This document shows positions 9,510 to 17,151 of a stretch of DNA of 18,833 nt, piece after piece. The stretch spans positions 1 to 18,833 of the forward strand of contig JBBIPG010000046.1 of the NCBI GenBank assembly GCA_037442925.1. Reading direction: 5' to 3'. This stretch comes from Candidatus Fraserbacteria bacterium (GTDB lineage Bacteria > Bipolaricaulota > Bipolaricaulia > RBG-16-55-9). The translations under genes and the position numbers were made by a program. Each line of letters opens with the position of its first letter. The first letter of the stretch is position 1. The notes below the pieces were generated by a model. That model was not told the DNA's origin. It was given only the letters and a program-made list of their open reading frames with translations, and did no database searches.

Positions 9510-10409
9510 TTATGCGTGCTCAGTTCCTGGCTTGAGTTCCTGCTGGTAGAGCCTTCCCCGGAGCATGAACCAGGCGAAGACAACAAAGATCAAGACGCTG
9601 ATGACCTGAGCGATGCGCAAGGATTCCAGGAACGTCCCGCCTCCTGTGACGCAGGCATTGCCACCGGCCAGACAGAGTGCATCGCCACGGAAGAACTCCA
9701 CCGTGAAGCGCAATACGGAATATAAGAGGGCATAGAGCGAAACCAAAAACCCGTCTTTGAATGGCTTGGTGCGCAGCCACCAGAGCAACCCAAAGATAAG
9801 AAGATCCCCGAACATCTCGTAGAGCATCGTGGGGTGGAGGTGCAGTTCGACGAATTCCCCTGCACCCGTGGGTCCCCTGCTGGCAGGCGAATCCGGAGGG
9901 AAGACGATTCCCCAGGGCAGATCTGTGGGTGTGCCGAAGGCATCTCCGTTCATGAAATTGCCGAAGCGCCCCAAAGCCTGTCCTAGGATGATCGCTGGAG
10001 CAATCACATCGGCGAACTTCCAGAAGGAGATCTTGACACCCCGCAAGAGTCCCTTCCAGGGCGTGACGAACGTAAAGAGATTCATGCCGCGGCTGAAGAG
10101 AAAGAGCGCGAGCGCTCCGCCGATCAACCCGCCGTGGATGGCGAGTCCCCCTTGCCAGATCTGATAGATCTCGTTGAGATGTCTTCCGTAATAGTCCCAA
10201 CGGAACGCAACGTAATAGAGCCGGGCGAAGATGATGGCAATGGGAATCGTGAGCAAGACGAAATCCAGAAGATCATCCAGAGTTAAATCGAGATGGCGCC
10301 TTCTGACTTCGCGGTGGGCGAGAATGATGCCGACGACGATGGCGACCACGTACATCAGGCCATACCAACGAATCGACCACGGCCCGATATTGACAATCAC
10401 AGGGCTCAT
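9510..10409 (-). CDS. lgt: prolipoprotein diacylglyceryl transferase
   Basis: IRWYGLMY, ARLYYV, IWQGGLAIHGGLIGG, GRFGNFMNG, LPWG, HPTMLYE, RFTVEFFR. Confidence 0.96.
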   Translation of the reverse strand: MSPVIVNIGPWSIRWYGLMYVVAIVVGIILAHREVRRRHLDLTLDDLLDFVLLTIPIAIIFARLYYVAFRWDYYGRHLNEIYQIWQGGLAIHGGLIGGALALFLFSRGMNLFTFVTPWKGLLRGVKISFWKFADVIAPAIILGQALGRFGNFMNGDAFGTPTDLPWGIVFPPDSPASRGPTGAGEFVELHLHPTMLYEMFGDLLIFGLLWWLRTKPFKDGFLVSLYALLYSVLRFTVEFFRGDALCLAGGNACVTGGGTFLESLRIAQVISVLIFVVFAWFMLRGRLYQQELKPGTEHA

Positions 10410-10438
10410 AGGTTTCGGCTCGTCCTCCTTAAATAAGC

Positions 10439-10468
10439 ATTGTAGACGATGGCCAAGAGATCTGTCAA
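10439..10468 (-). promoter_or_regulatory. sigma70-type promoter of lgt
   Basis: Minus strand reads TTGACA (10468-10463), 18 nt, TACAAT (10444-10439). SD AAGGAGG at 10430-10424. Confidence 0.75.
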
Positions 10469-10537
10469 CGGATACGGAACGGATGAACGGATCACACGGC
10501 CCACAGACATCTGCTAATCCGCTTCACATCCGTTGAC
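10464..10537. repeat. 74-bp low-complexity inverted-repeat element
   Basis: Perfect terminal IR GTCAACGGAT (10464-10473) / ATCCGTTGAC (10528-10537). The left arm has tandem ACGGA(T) units and the right arm has ATC[T/C]G units. Confidence 0.7.
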
Positions 10538-10546
10538 CGATACCCC

Positions 10547-10575
10547 TTGACTTTCGGAGTCGACTGTGCTAGATT
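10547..10575 (+). promoter_or_regulatory. sigma70-type promoter of the arsR-merA cluster
   Basis: TTGACT (10547-10552), 17 nt, TAGATT (10570-10575), with an extended -10 TG. Confidence 0.8.
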
Positions 10576-10580
10576 ATCAT

Positions 10581-10596
10581 TTGAATATTTTTTCAA
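10581..10596. promoter_or_regulatory. ArsR/SmtB-family operator
   Basis: Palindrome TTGAA-TATTTT-TTCAA over the expected transcription start. It contains the TGAA-N6-TTCA core of SmtB/CzrA-type boxes. Confidence 0.8.
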
Positions 10597-10612
10597 TTAA
10601 AGGACGGTGCTC

Positions 10613-10987
10613 ATGCTTCAACGAACTGTGCAGCATCTAGGCTTCAAGTGTCTCGGGCCAACGATCACGCCGGAGCGCATCTTGCGATTGCGCAAGGAAG
10701 TGCTTGAGAATGGAGAACTGCAAGCATTGCGAGGAATCTTGCACGCACTCAGCGGCCCCCTACGCTTAAAGATTTTATATCTGCTCCATCGCGAGCCCGA
10801 GTTATGTGTGTGTGATCTGGCCGATATTTTAGACGAGTCCGTCTCGGCCGTCTCCCATCAACTCCGCGTGCTCAGAAGATACGATCTGGTCAAGACCCGC
10901 CGCGATGCCAAGACGATCTTCTATTCGCTCAATGAGCCCGTCGTCCAGCGCTATTTGCGCTTAGAGAAGGAGGCTGTGCTTGTATGA
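10613..10987 (+). CDS. ArsR/SmtB-family metalloregulatory repressor
   Basis: ALSGPLRLKIL, alpha3 metal motif ELCVCDL, SAVSHQLRVLR, RRDAKTIFYSL, plus an N-terminal Cys. AAGGA lies 8 nt before ATG 10613 (alternative GTG 10607). Confidence 0.95.
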   Translation: MLQRTVQHLGFKCLGPTITPERILRLRKEVLENGELQALRGILHALSGPLRLKILYLLHREPELCVCDLADILDESVSAVSHQLRVLRRYDLVKTRRDAKTIFYSLNEPVVQRYLRLEKEAVLV

Positions 10988-12375
10988 ATCGCTATGATCT
11001 CATCGTGATCGGCGGAGGAGCGGCGGCCTTCGCGGCGGCCACGCGCGCTGCGGATTTGGACGCCCAGGTGTTGATGATCAACGATGGCTTACCCCTGGGA
11101 GGGACGTGCGTGAATGTGGGCTGCATCCCCAGCAAATTTCTCATAGAAGCTCTTAAAGAATATGAACACGCTCGAACGGGTCGCGACGACTGGTTCTTCT
11201 CAAAAGCCACCCTCGATTACGCAAAACTCAAAAAGGGCAAAGACGCGCTCGTCTCAGCGCTGCGCCAACGCAACTACTATGATGTGCTTGAAGCTTTGGG
11301 CAACGTCACGCTGATCGAGGGCCGTGCGCGCTTCGTTGCCCCCCACGAGGTGGAAGTCAACGGCGAGCGTTTCTCATCGGAGCGGATCATCATCGCCACG
11401 GGTGCTAGGACTCTCATCCCGCCGGTCCCCGGCCTGAAAGAGGCCGAGCCCTTGACGAACATCACGGCCCTTAAATTAGAAGAGCTGCCGCGCTCGATGG
11501 CCGTCATCGGCGGTGGGCCTTTGGGCTTAGAGTTCGCCCAGATCTTCCATCGGGCAGGAGCGGATGTCTCTACAGTGGAGCTGATGGGCCGCATTCTGCC
11601 TCAGTTCGAGCCCGAGATCTCGCAAGCCTTAGCGGAGATCTTGCAACGTGAGGGCATGAGAATTCATGTGGGACATCGCCTGGTGAAAGCGGAGGGCAAG
11701 TCTGGCAGGATTCGACTCTACGACTCCTGCGGTTGCATTACGGAAGTGGATCGGGTTTTAGCCGCCACCGGCATCCGTCCCAATTCCGACAATCTAGGGC
11801 TAGAAAAGATTGGAGTCAAGCTCGATCCCAAGGGCTTCATCCTCACGGACGAGCGCCAAGAGACTTCCGTGCCCGGAGTCTACGCCGCCGGAGACGTCAC
11901 GGGCAAGATGCCTCTTGAGACAGTTGCGGCCAAGCAGGGCTTCAACGCTGCGCACAACGCGCTCACCGGCGAAGCCAAGACTATCGACTATGATCTTGTC
12001 CCGCACGCCGTCTTCACGGACCCGCAGGTTGCTGCCGTGGGTTGGACGGAGGAGCGCGAAATGCAAGAGCTGGGGGAGTGCTGGTGTCGCACGCTCCCTC
12101 TCGAGGCAGTCCCTAAAGCCCACGCCGCGGGAGACACCCGCGGACTGGTCAAGCTCGTCGTTCATCCGAAAACCCGCAAAATCTTGGGCGCTCATGCCGT
12201 AGCTGTGAACGCCGCGGAGATCATTCATGTGCCGCTCTTAGCCATGCGAGCTGGCTTTACGATTGATGAGCTGATTGAGACCGTTCATGTCTTCCCAACA
12301 TATGCCGAGGCCTGGAAGATCTGTGCTCAGAGCTTTGAGCGCAATCTCAAGACTATGAGCTGTTGTGTCGTCTGA
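10984..12375 (+). CDS. merA: mercuric reductase, lacking the N-terminal NmerA domain
   Basis: FAD motif IGGGAAA, redox motif GGTCVNVGCIPSK, VYAAGDV, AVFTDPQVA and the diagnostic C-terminal pair AQSFERNLKTMSCCVV. Confidence 0.93.
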   Translation: MNRYDLIVIGGGAAAFAAATRAADLDAQVLMINDGLPLGGTCVNVGCIPSKFLIEALKEYEHARTGRDDWFFSKATLDYAKLKKGKDALVSALRQRNYYDVLEALGNVTLIEGRARFVAPHEVEVNGERFSSERIIIATGARTLIPPVPGLKEAEPLTNITALKLEELPRSMAVIGGGPLGLEFAQIFHRAGADVSTVELMGRILPQFEPEISQALAEILQREGMRIHVGHRLVKAEGKSGRIRLYDSCGCITEVDRVLAATGIRPNSDNLGLEKIGVKLDPKGFILTDERQETSVPGVYAAGDVTGKMPLETVAAKQGFNAAHNALTGEAKTIDYDLVPHAVFTDPQVAAVGWTEEREMQELGECWCRTLPLEAVPKAHAAGDTRGLVKLVVHPKTRKILGAHAVAVNAAEIIHVPLLAMRAGFTIDELIETVHVFPTYAEAWKICAQSFERNLKTMSCCVV

Positions 12376-12388
12376 AAGGGGGAGGTCT

Positions 12389-13024
12389 ATGAAGAAGCAA
12401 ACGACGAAGAATCTGAAGATTCTCTTGATCGGCGGGGTCGGGCTTTTAGGGCTGTTCGTGTTGGCCTTCTTCGCGCTTCCGGCGGTCTGTCCCTCGTGTG
12501 CGAGTTGGATCGGGAGACTCACGCCCAATGAGCCCTCTGCATCCCAAGGGCAGGCTCAACCCCTGAACGATACGACTTCCGTCGGGACCCGAGTGGGCGA
12601 GCGGGCACCCAATTTTGCACTGACCGACGTCGATGGAAATCGCTTTGAGCTGAGCGATCTTCAAGGCAATCCGATCATCGTGTACTTCTCAGCCAGCTGG
12701 TGCACTCCCTGCATCCCAGAGACTCAAGAGCTGGCGCGGCTGAAGGACCGCTACTCTGATCTTCAAGTTGTCTGGATCAGCGTCGACCCTCGTGGCGACT
12801 CCGTGCAGAGCCTGCGCAAGCATCGCCAGCGCTACGCCCGGCCCAGCTTCATGTACGCCCTCGACACCCCGACCAACGAGATCGCCAAGCAGTACCAAGT
12901 CTACGCCCTGGGGACGGAGTATCTTCTCGACCGCAATGGGGTGATTGCCTTCCGAGGAACTTTCTCGGTGGGGACGCAAACCTTTCAGCAGACGCTCGAG
13001 CGAGTGGCGAAAGAGCAGCCATGA
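12389..13024 (+). CDS. membrane-anchored TlpA/ResA-family thiol-disulfide oxidoreductase
   Basis: GGAGG SD before ATG 12389, N-terminal TM helix, VGERAPNFALTD, FSASWCTPC, ISVDP, LLDRNGVI. An extra CPSC follows the anchor. Confidence 0.9.
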   Translation: MKKQTTKNLKILLIGGVGLLGLFVLAFFALPAVCPSCASWIGRLTPNEPSASQGQAQPLNDTTSVGTRVGERAPNFALTDVDGNRFELSDLQGNPIIVYFSASWCTPCIPETQELARLKDRYSDLQVVWISVDPRGDSVQSLRKHRQRYARPSFMYALDTPTNEIAKQYQVYALGTEYLLDRNGVIAFRGTFSVGTQTFQQTLERVAKEQP

Positions 13025-13752
13025 ACCTCGAGATGCTGGCCATCGCGTTTGGTGCCGGTGTCGTGACCTTCTTCAATCCCTGCGGGTTCGCGCTCTTGCC
13101 TGCATATGTCTCGTATTTTTTGGGTCAGCGCAATAATCCCTGTGAGTCACAGATGGTTGGGAGCAACGCCTGGCTTAGCAGTGGCTGGCACGGCCTCATC
13201 TTAGGACTGACTGTCAGTGCCGGTTTCTTCACGGTCTTCGGGGCGCTGGGCTTGCTCTTCTCCCTGGTCGGAGGCACGCTCATGAGATTCCTCGGCCCTC
13301 AGTTGCCCTGGATTGCGGCAACTATCGGAGCCCTGCTCATTGTGCTGGGCCTGCTCATGTTCTTCGGCTCCTTCTCGCTTGGGCTCTCTCTGGAGGTGCT
13401 GGCGGCGCGGTTCATGGGCAACCCGGCTCCTCGTCAGGGGCTTCTGCCCTACTATCTCTATGGGATCGGCTACGCGGTGGGTTCGGTCGGCTGCACGTTG
13501 CCCGTGTTTCTCATCTGGGTCATTCAGCCCTTGCTGCAAGGCTTCGTAGGCGGGCTGTTCAATTTCCTCGCCTACGCCAGCGGCATGGCCCTGATGATGG
13601 TCGCCTTGTCACTGACTATGAGCCTGTCGAAAGAGCTCATTCAACAACGTCTTCGTCCGTTGATGCGATTTGTCCAGAAGGCGGCAGCCCTGGTGATGAT
13701 CGGAGCGGGCGCTTATCTGATCTACTACAACCTGATCTACGTGCGCATTTGA
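13021..13752 (+). CDS. ccdA: CcdA/DsbD-family transmembrane electron transporter
   Basis: AGVVTFFNPCGFALLPAY, GCTLP, AYASGM, about six hydrophobic segments. ATG overlaps the stop of the TlpA-like gene. Confidence 0.88.
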   Translation: MNLEMLAIAFGAGVVTFFNPCGFALLPAYVSYFLGQRNNPCESQMVGSNAWLSSGWHGLILGLTVSAGFFTVFGALGLLFSLVGGTLMRFLGPQLPWIAATIGALLIVLGLLMFFGSFSLGLSLEVLAARFMGNPAPRQGLLPYYLYGIGYAVGSVGCTLPVFLIWVIQPLLQGFVGGLFNFLAYASGMALMMVALSLTMSLSKELIQQRLRPLMRFVQKAAALVMIGAGAYLIYYNLIYVRI

Positions 13753-13770
13753 AAGGAGGCACAACGAACT

Positions 13771-14640
13771 ATGAGCGAGATGGTGTTTACGCTGGTGCTG
13801 CTGATCATCACTTTGGGCGCGATGGTTCTTATCGTTGCTCTGACAAGACCGAGGAGGAAGCCAACGGGACAGACAGGAATAATCTCCGGGGCAACATCCG
13901 CTGTGTCCAATGCGGAACTCTTCTGGACGCTGCTGGCCTTGGTCACGGGCAACCCCATCTTCATGCTGCTCCTTAGAGCCTCTAACAAAACGGGGCAACC
14001 CATGCCGCCCGCAGAAGACATGATGCAGATGATGATGAACATCGTCATGACCGTCCATCAGTTCATGGCTTGGTATCTGCCCTATGTGCTCATCCCCTCG
14101 CTGGTGATTCTGTTGCTGATCACGCTTTACAGCCGCACGCGCTACCCAAGGCTCTTCAATAGAATCATTGCCGGGCTGGGGGCCGGGGCGCTGGGCACGA
14201 TTGCCTTAGACATCTTCCGCTACCCGTTGGGCGTGCAGTTGGGCGGGCTTCCGGGTGATCTGCCCACCATGTTCGGCATGTTCATCACTGGAACGATGCC
14301 TGCTACGACGGCGGTGATTCTCATCGGCTATCTCTATCACTTCTTGAACGGGGCTGGCTTCGGGTTGACCTATACGCTCATAGCGGGCAAGGCCAAGTGG
14401 TATTGGGGATTGGTCTGGGCGCTCATCATCGAGATCCTGATGATGACTACGCCCCCGCTGCTGATTATGGGTGTGGGGCCATTCGGGATCAATCCACCCT
14501 GGTGGCCGAAGCTCTTCTTAACGAGCCTGATTGCCCATATCTCGTTAGGGATTGCGTTGGGGCTCTTAGCTGAGAGATTCGTGAAAGAGAAGGGAACGAT
14601 CTTTGCCATTTTGCGCTCGAGGCCGGAAAGCTCATCATGA
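13771..14640 (+). CDS. uncharacterised multi-pass membrane protein with a Met-rich segment
   Basis: AGGAGG SD, about seven hydrophobic segments, DMMQMMMNIVMTVH, and two His in hydrophobic helices (YLYHFLNG, LIAHISLG). No Cys. Confidence 0.8.
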   Translation: MSEMVFTLVLLIITLGAMVLIVALTRPRRKPTGQTGIISGATSAVSNAELFWTLLALVTGNPIFMLLLRASNKTGQPMPPAEDMMQMMMNIVMTVHQFMAWYLPYVLIPSLVILLLITLYSRTRYPRLFNRIIAGLGAGALGTIALDIFRYPLGVQLGGLPGDLPTMFGMFITGTMPATTAVILIGYLYHFLNGAGFGLTYTLIAGKAKWYWGLVWALIIEILMMTTPPLLIMGVGPFGINPPWWPKLFLTSLIAHISLGIALGLLAERFVKEKGTIFAILRSRPESSS

Positions 14641-14678
14641 AAGAAAAGCCTCACAACTGCGGCCCCCTTATCCCTCAA

Positions 14679-14719
14679 GGGCCTGCCCTTACGAGTCACC
14701 CCGTCCGTGGGGCAGGCCC
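14679..14719 (+). other. GC-rich intercistronic stem-loop
   Basis: GGGCCTGCCC (14679-14688) pairs with GGGCAGGCCC (14710-14719). No U-tract. Confidence 0.6.
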
Positions 14720-14781
14720 CCTCTCACCTCGGCTGTCTTGAGAGCAGATTTTATAACTTGAGAAGAAGGGAGGCAAATGTC

Positions 14782-15981
14782 GTGAAGCTTCGAATGCCAA
14801 TTTATGTAGTGCTGATCGCAGTCGGGCTGGTGGCTTTGCTCCTACTCATGAGGGCCAGCCCACCGGAAAACCTGCCATCGGGCGCCGTAAACGCGAAGCA
14901 CAAACAGACGAAAGTGGATTTTGTCTTCGCTCTCCCCCAGCCGAGCACGCTAGCGGGCATCGCTGCCTCTGCCGACGGGAAATATCTGGCGCTGGCGCGC
15001 AACTTCTGGTCTGAAAAAGAGCGAGCCAACCTGACCGAGCTCAGCTTGTTTGATTTAGAGACCGGCGAGGCCATGTGGTCAAAGGTGTACGCCAATCCCA
15101 ACTGCTGCTCCACGCCCATCGTGAAGGCCACTCCCGACGGTCAGCTGATCTTGGGGGCAGGCAAGCAGCTGCATCTCTATACCCAAGACGGCCAAGAGCT
15201 AAAGACTTATAGTTTTCAGGAAGACAGCGAATTCGCCTTCAGTGCCGACATAAGCCGTGACGGGAAATTCATCGCTGCAGCGTCCAGTCGACGGGCCTAT
15301 CTCTTCTCACAAGATGGGCAGCTTCTCTGGACATCTGACTCCAAGGACGTACCTTCGGTCGCGCTCTCCGGGGATGGGCAGTATCTGCTCGTGGCGACCT
15401 CACACGCTTTTCAGCTGTATAGAACTTCAGACCAGCAACTGATCCGGCGGGGGGAGCTGACGTACCAAGGCCCCATGGTGATTCCGGCCATCTCCCAGGA
15501 TGGGAGCAGTTTTGCGATTGCCGGAAACCCAATGTGGGGTCAGGCAGATCTGTCAGTCAACATCTTCCTGCAGCAGAGCTCCGAAGCGCGCTTGATCCCA
15601 CTCGGCAAGGTGAATGCCCCGAAGCTGAGCATAGACGAGCGAGGACAACTTGTTTTAGTCGAAGGGAATTTGGGATCTGAAGCGGCTCTTATCCCGACGG
15701 ACGACGGTCGCCCGCGGCGATTCTTCCCGCAGTCAGATTCCGTTCACATGGCTGTTGATGCAGTCAGCGATCGCCTGGCAATTACCCATGGGAGAGTCGT
15801 TGAAGTGTGTCGCCTCTCAGATGATCAGCCGCTCTGGCAAACGCCAATGCCAGGGGCAATTCTAGCTCTTTTACTGAGGGGAGACAGGATTATCGCTCTG
15901 GGGAACGAGCAAGGCAATTCCATATTGCCCAATCGCGTTTGGGCATGGAGCGTGAACATCACTGTTAACCAAGGAGGCTGA
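14782..15981 (+). CDS. membrane-anchored or exported WD40/PQQ-like beta-propeller protein
   Basis: GGGAGG SD 8 nt before GTG 14782, N-terminal hydrophobic helix, repeated blades (ASADGKYLAL, ATPDGQLILG, ISRDGKFIAA, LSGDGQYLLV, ISQDGSSFAI, IDERGQLVLV). Contains NPNCCS. Confidence 0.88.
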   Translation: MKLRMPIYVVLIAVGLVALLLLMRASPPENLPSGAVNAKHKQTKVDFVFALPQPSTLAGIAASADGKYLALARNFWSEKERANLTELSLFDLETGEAMWSKVYANPNCCSTPIVKATPDGQLILGAGKQLHLYTQDGQELKTYSFQEDSEFAFSADISRDGKFIAAASSRRAYLFSQDGQLLWTSDSKDVPSVALSGDGQYLLVATSHAFQLYRTSDQQLIRRGELTYQGPMVIPAISQDGSSFAIAGNPMWGQADLSVNIFLQQSSEARLIPLGKVNAPKLSIDERGQLVLVEGNLGSEAALIPTDDGRPRRFFPQSDSVHMAVDAVSDRLAITHGRVVEVCRLSDDQPLWQTPMPGAILALLLRGDRIIALGNEQGNSILPNRVWAWSVNITVNQGG

Positions 15982-15986
15982 GATGT

Positions 15987-16532
15987 ATGTGCTGTAGTCG
16001 TCGTGATCTCTTGAAGGGAGTTGCGGGCCTGGCTGTGGCCGGCGGACTGGCACTACGCCAAGTGGAGTCTGCATTAGCTCAGCCGGTCCAGGGAGCACCT
16101 GGCGCGCTGGTCCGGATCGTTTATCCCGGCTGGTCGCGTTGGGAGACGGCGTTGGGCTCGGCCGTCTACACGCCCGTCGCCAAAGACTTTCAAGTGAGTT
16201 TAGAGCTGCGCGGGCTCAGGGTATTCAATCCCTATTGAGCTATCGCGCAGGCGGTCAGCTTTAAGGCCACACAAGCACCCGCTGCCACCCAAGACTTTTC
16301 GAGCGATGGAAGCGGCAGCGCACGGCTCAGCTTGACGATTTCAAATAGCGACTTGATTGTCAGTGACATGAGCAAAGATCTGCCGGTCTATCAAGTGCAT
16401 ATTTTAATTCTGGACTTAGCGGAGTCGCTGAGCGACTTGCCCAGCGATAGGCGTCCACCAGCGGTGCTTGGATTGAGCAACGGCGTGCCCTTGGCCTGTG
16501 AGTACCCCTTGGGCTTCGCCCTGCAAAGCTAA
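15987..16532 (+). pseudogene. Tat-signal protein of 181 codons interrupted by one in-frame TGA at 16236-16238 (pseudogene, sequencing error or recoded UGA)
   Basis: AGGAGG SD, SRRDLLK twin-arginine motif, hydrophobic h-region and ALA cleavage site. The frame stays open after the TGA (AIAQAVSFKATQAP...) and joins listed ORF 16332-16532. Confidence 0.7.
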
Positions 16533-16541
16533 TGGAGAGTG

Positions 16542-17147
16542 ATGGCTATGCCCGGCTGTTGCAGCCTGCCGGTGAATCCTGAGGGTGAGTTGACGATCCC
16601 GCTGCCTGAGGAATTCGCCCAGAGGCTCCGGGAGCTTTATGGCTTGAAGGGAACTCCCAAGGATCTAGAGGAGCTGATAGCTCTAAGGCGCGAGTCGGGC
16701 CGGGTCTGGGTGCTTTCTTCGGCAGAGCTTTTAGTCTCGCCCACCCCAACGCGCCATGAAGTCCGCATGAAAGACGAGCGCCTCTATGTGCACTGTGCCC
16801 TCGACGCCCTGATGTACCCACTGATCACAGGGCAAGAGGCGGAGATTCAATCGCGCTGTCCCGTCTGTGATCACCTGATCGGTGCCGCCGTGCGCAAGGA
16901 AGAGATCGCCTCTTGGGCACCTGAGTCTGCCGTGCTCTGGCTGGGGGTCTCTTCCAAGGGCGGAGCTTGCTGCACAAGCGCATCAGATTTCAGCACCATT
17001 CGCGAATGTGTCTGCCCCTTCATCAATCTGTTTGACTCTGAAGGGCACCTGGAGGCTTGGCTGGCCAAGAACGAGGAGGTTTTAGGCGTAAAACTCTCGC
17101 TGCCCGAGGCGTTCACGTTGGCGAAGGGTCTATGCCCAAGGGGGTGA
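16542..17147 (+). CDS. merB: alkylmercury (organomercurial) lyase
   Basis: PTRHEV, catalytic Cys/Asp motif HCALDAL, SRCPVC, PESAVLW, second catalytic Cys in CPFINLF. Start could be 16539, 16542 or 16548. Confidence 0.88.
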   Translation: MAMPGCCSLPVNPEGELTIPLPEEFAQRLRELYGLKGTPKDLEELIALRRESGRVWVLSSAELLVSPTPTRHEVRMKDERLYVHCALDALMYPLITGQEAEIQSRCPVCDHLIGAAVRKEEIASWAPESAVLWLGVSSKGGACCTSASDFSTIRECVCPFINLFDSEGHLEAWLAKNEEVLGVKLSLPEAFTLAKGLCPRG

Positions 17148-17151
17148 ACGG

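Noticed and set aside
10464..10537. CRISPR array or insertion sequence
   Set aside because: The units are 5-8 nt with no spacers, and no cas, transposase or integrase gene is visible in the window.
10984..12375. Dihydrolipoamide dehydrogenase as an alternative call
   Set aside because: The C-terminal CC, the lack of the HPTxxE His motif (FPTYAE here) and the merB/ArsR context favour MerA.
14707..14781. Upstream start of the beta-propeller ORF
   Set aside because: It runs through the stem-loop spacer. SD spacing and the hydrophobic N-terminus support GTG 14782.
16856..16873. CPVCDH in MerB as a c-type heme site
   Set aside because: It is CxxCxH, not CxxCH, and lies in a conserved region of a cytoplasmic MerB.
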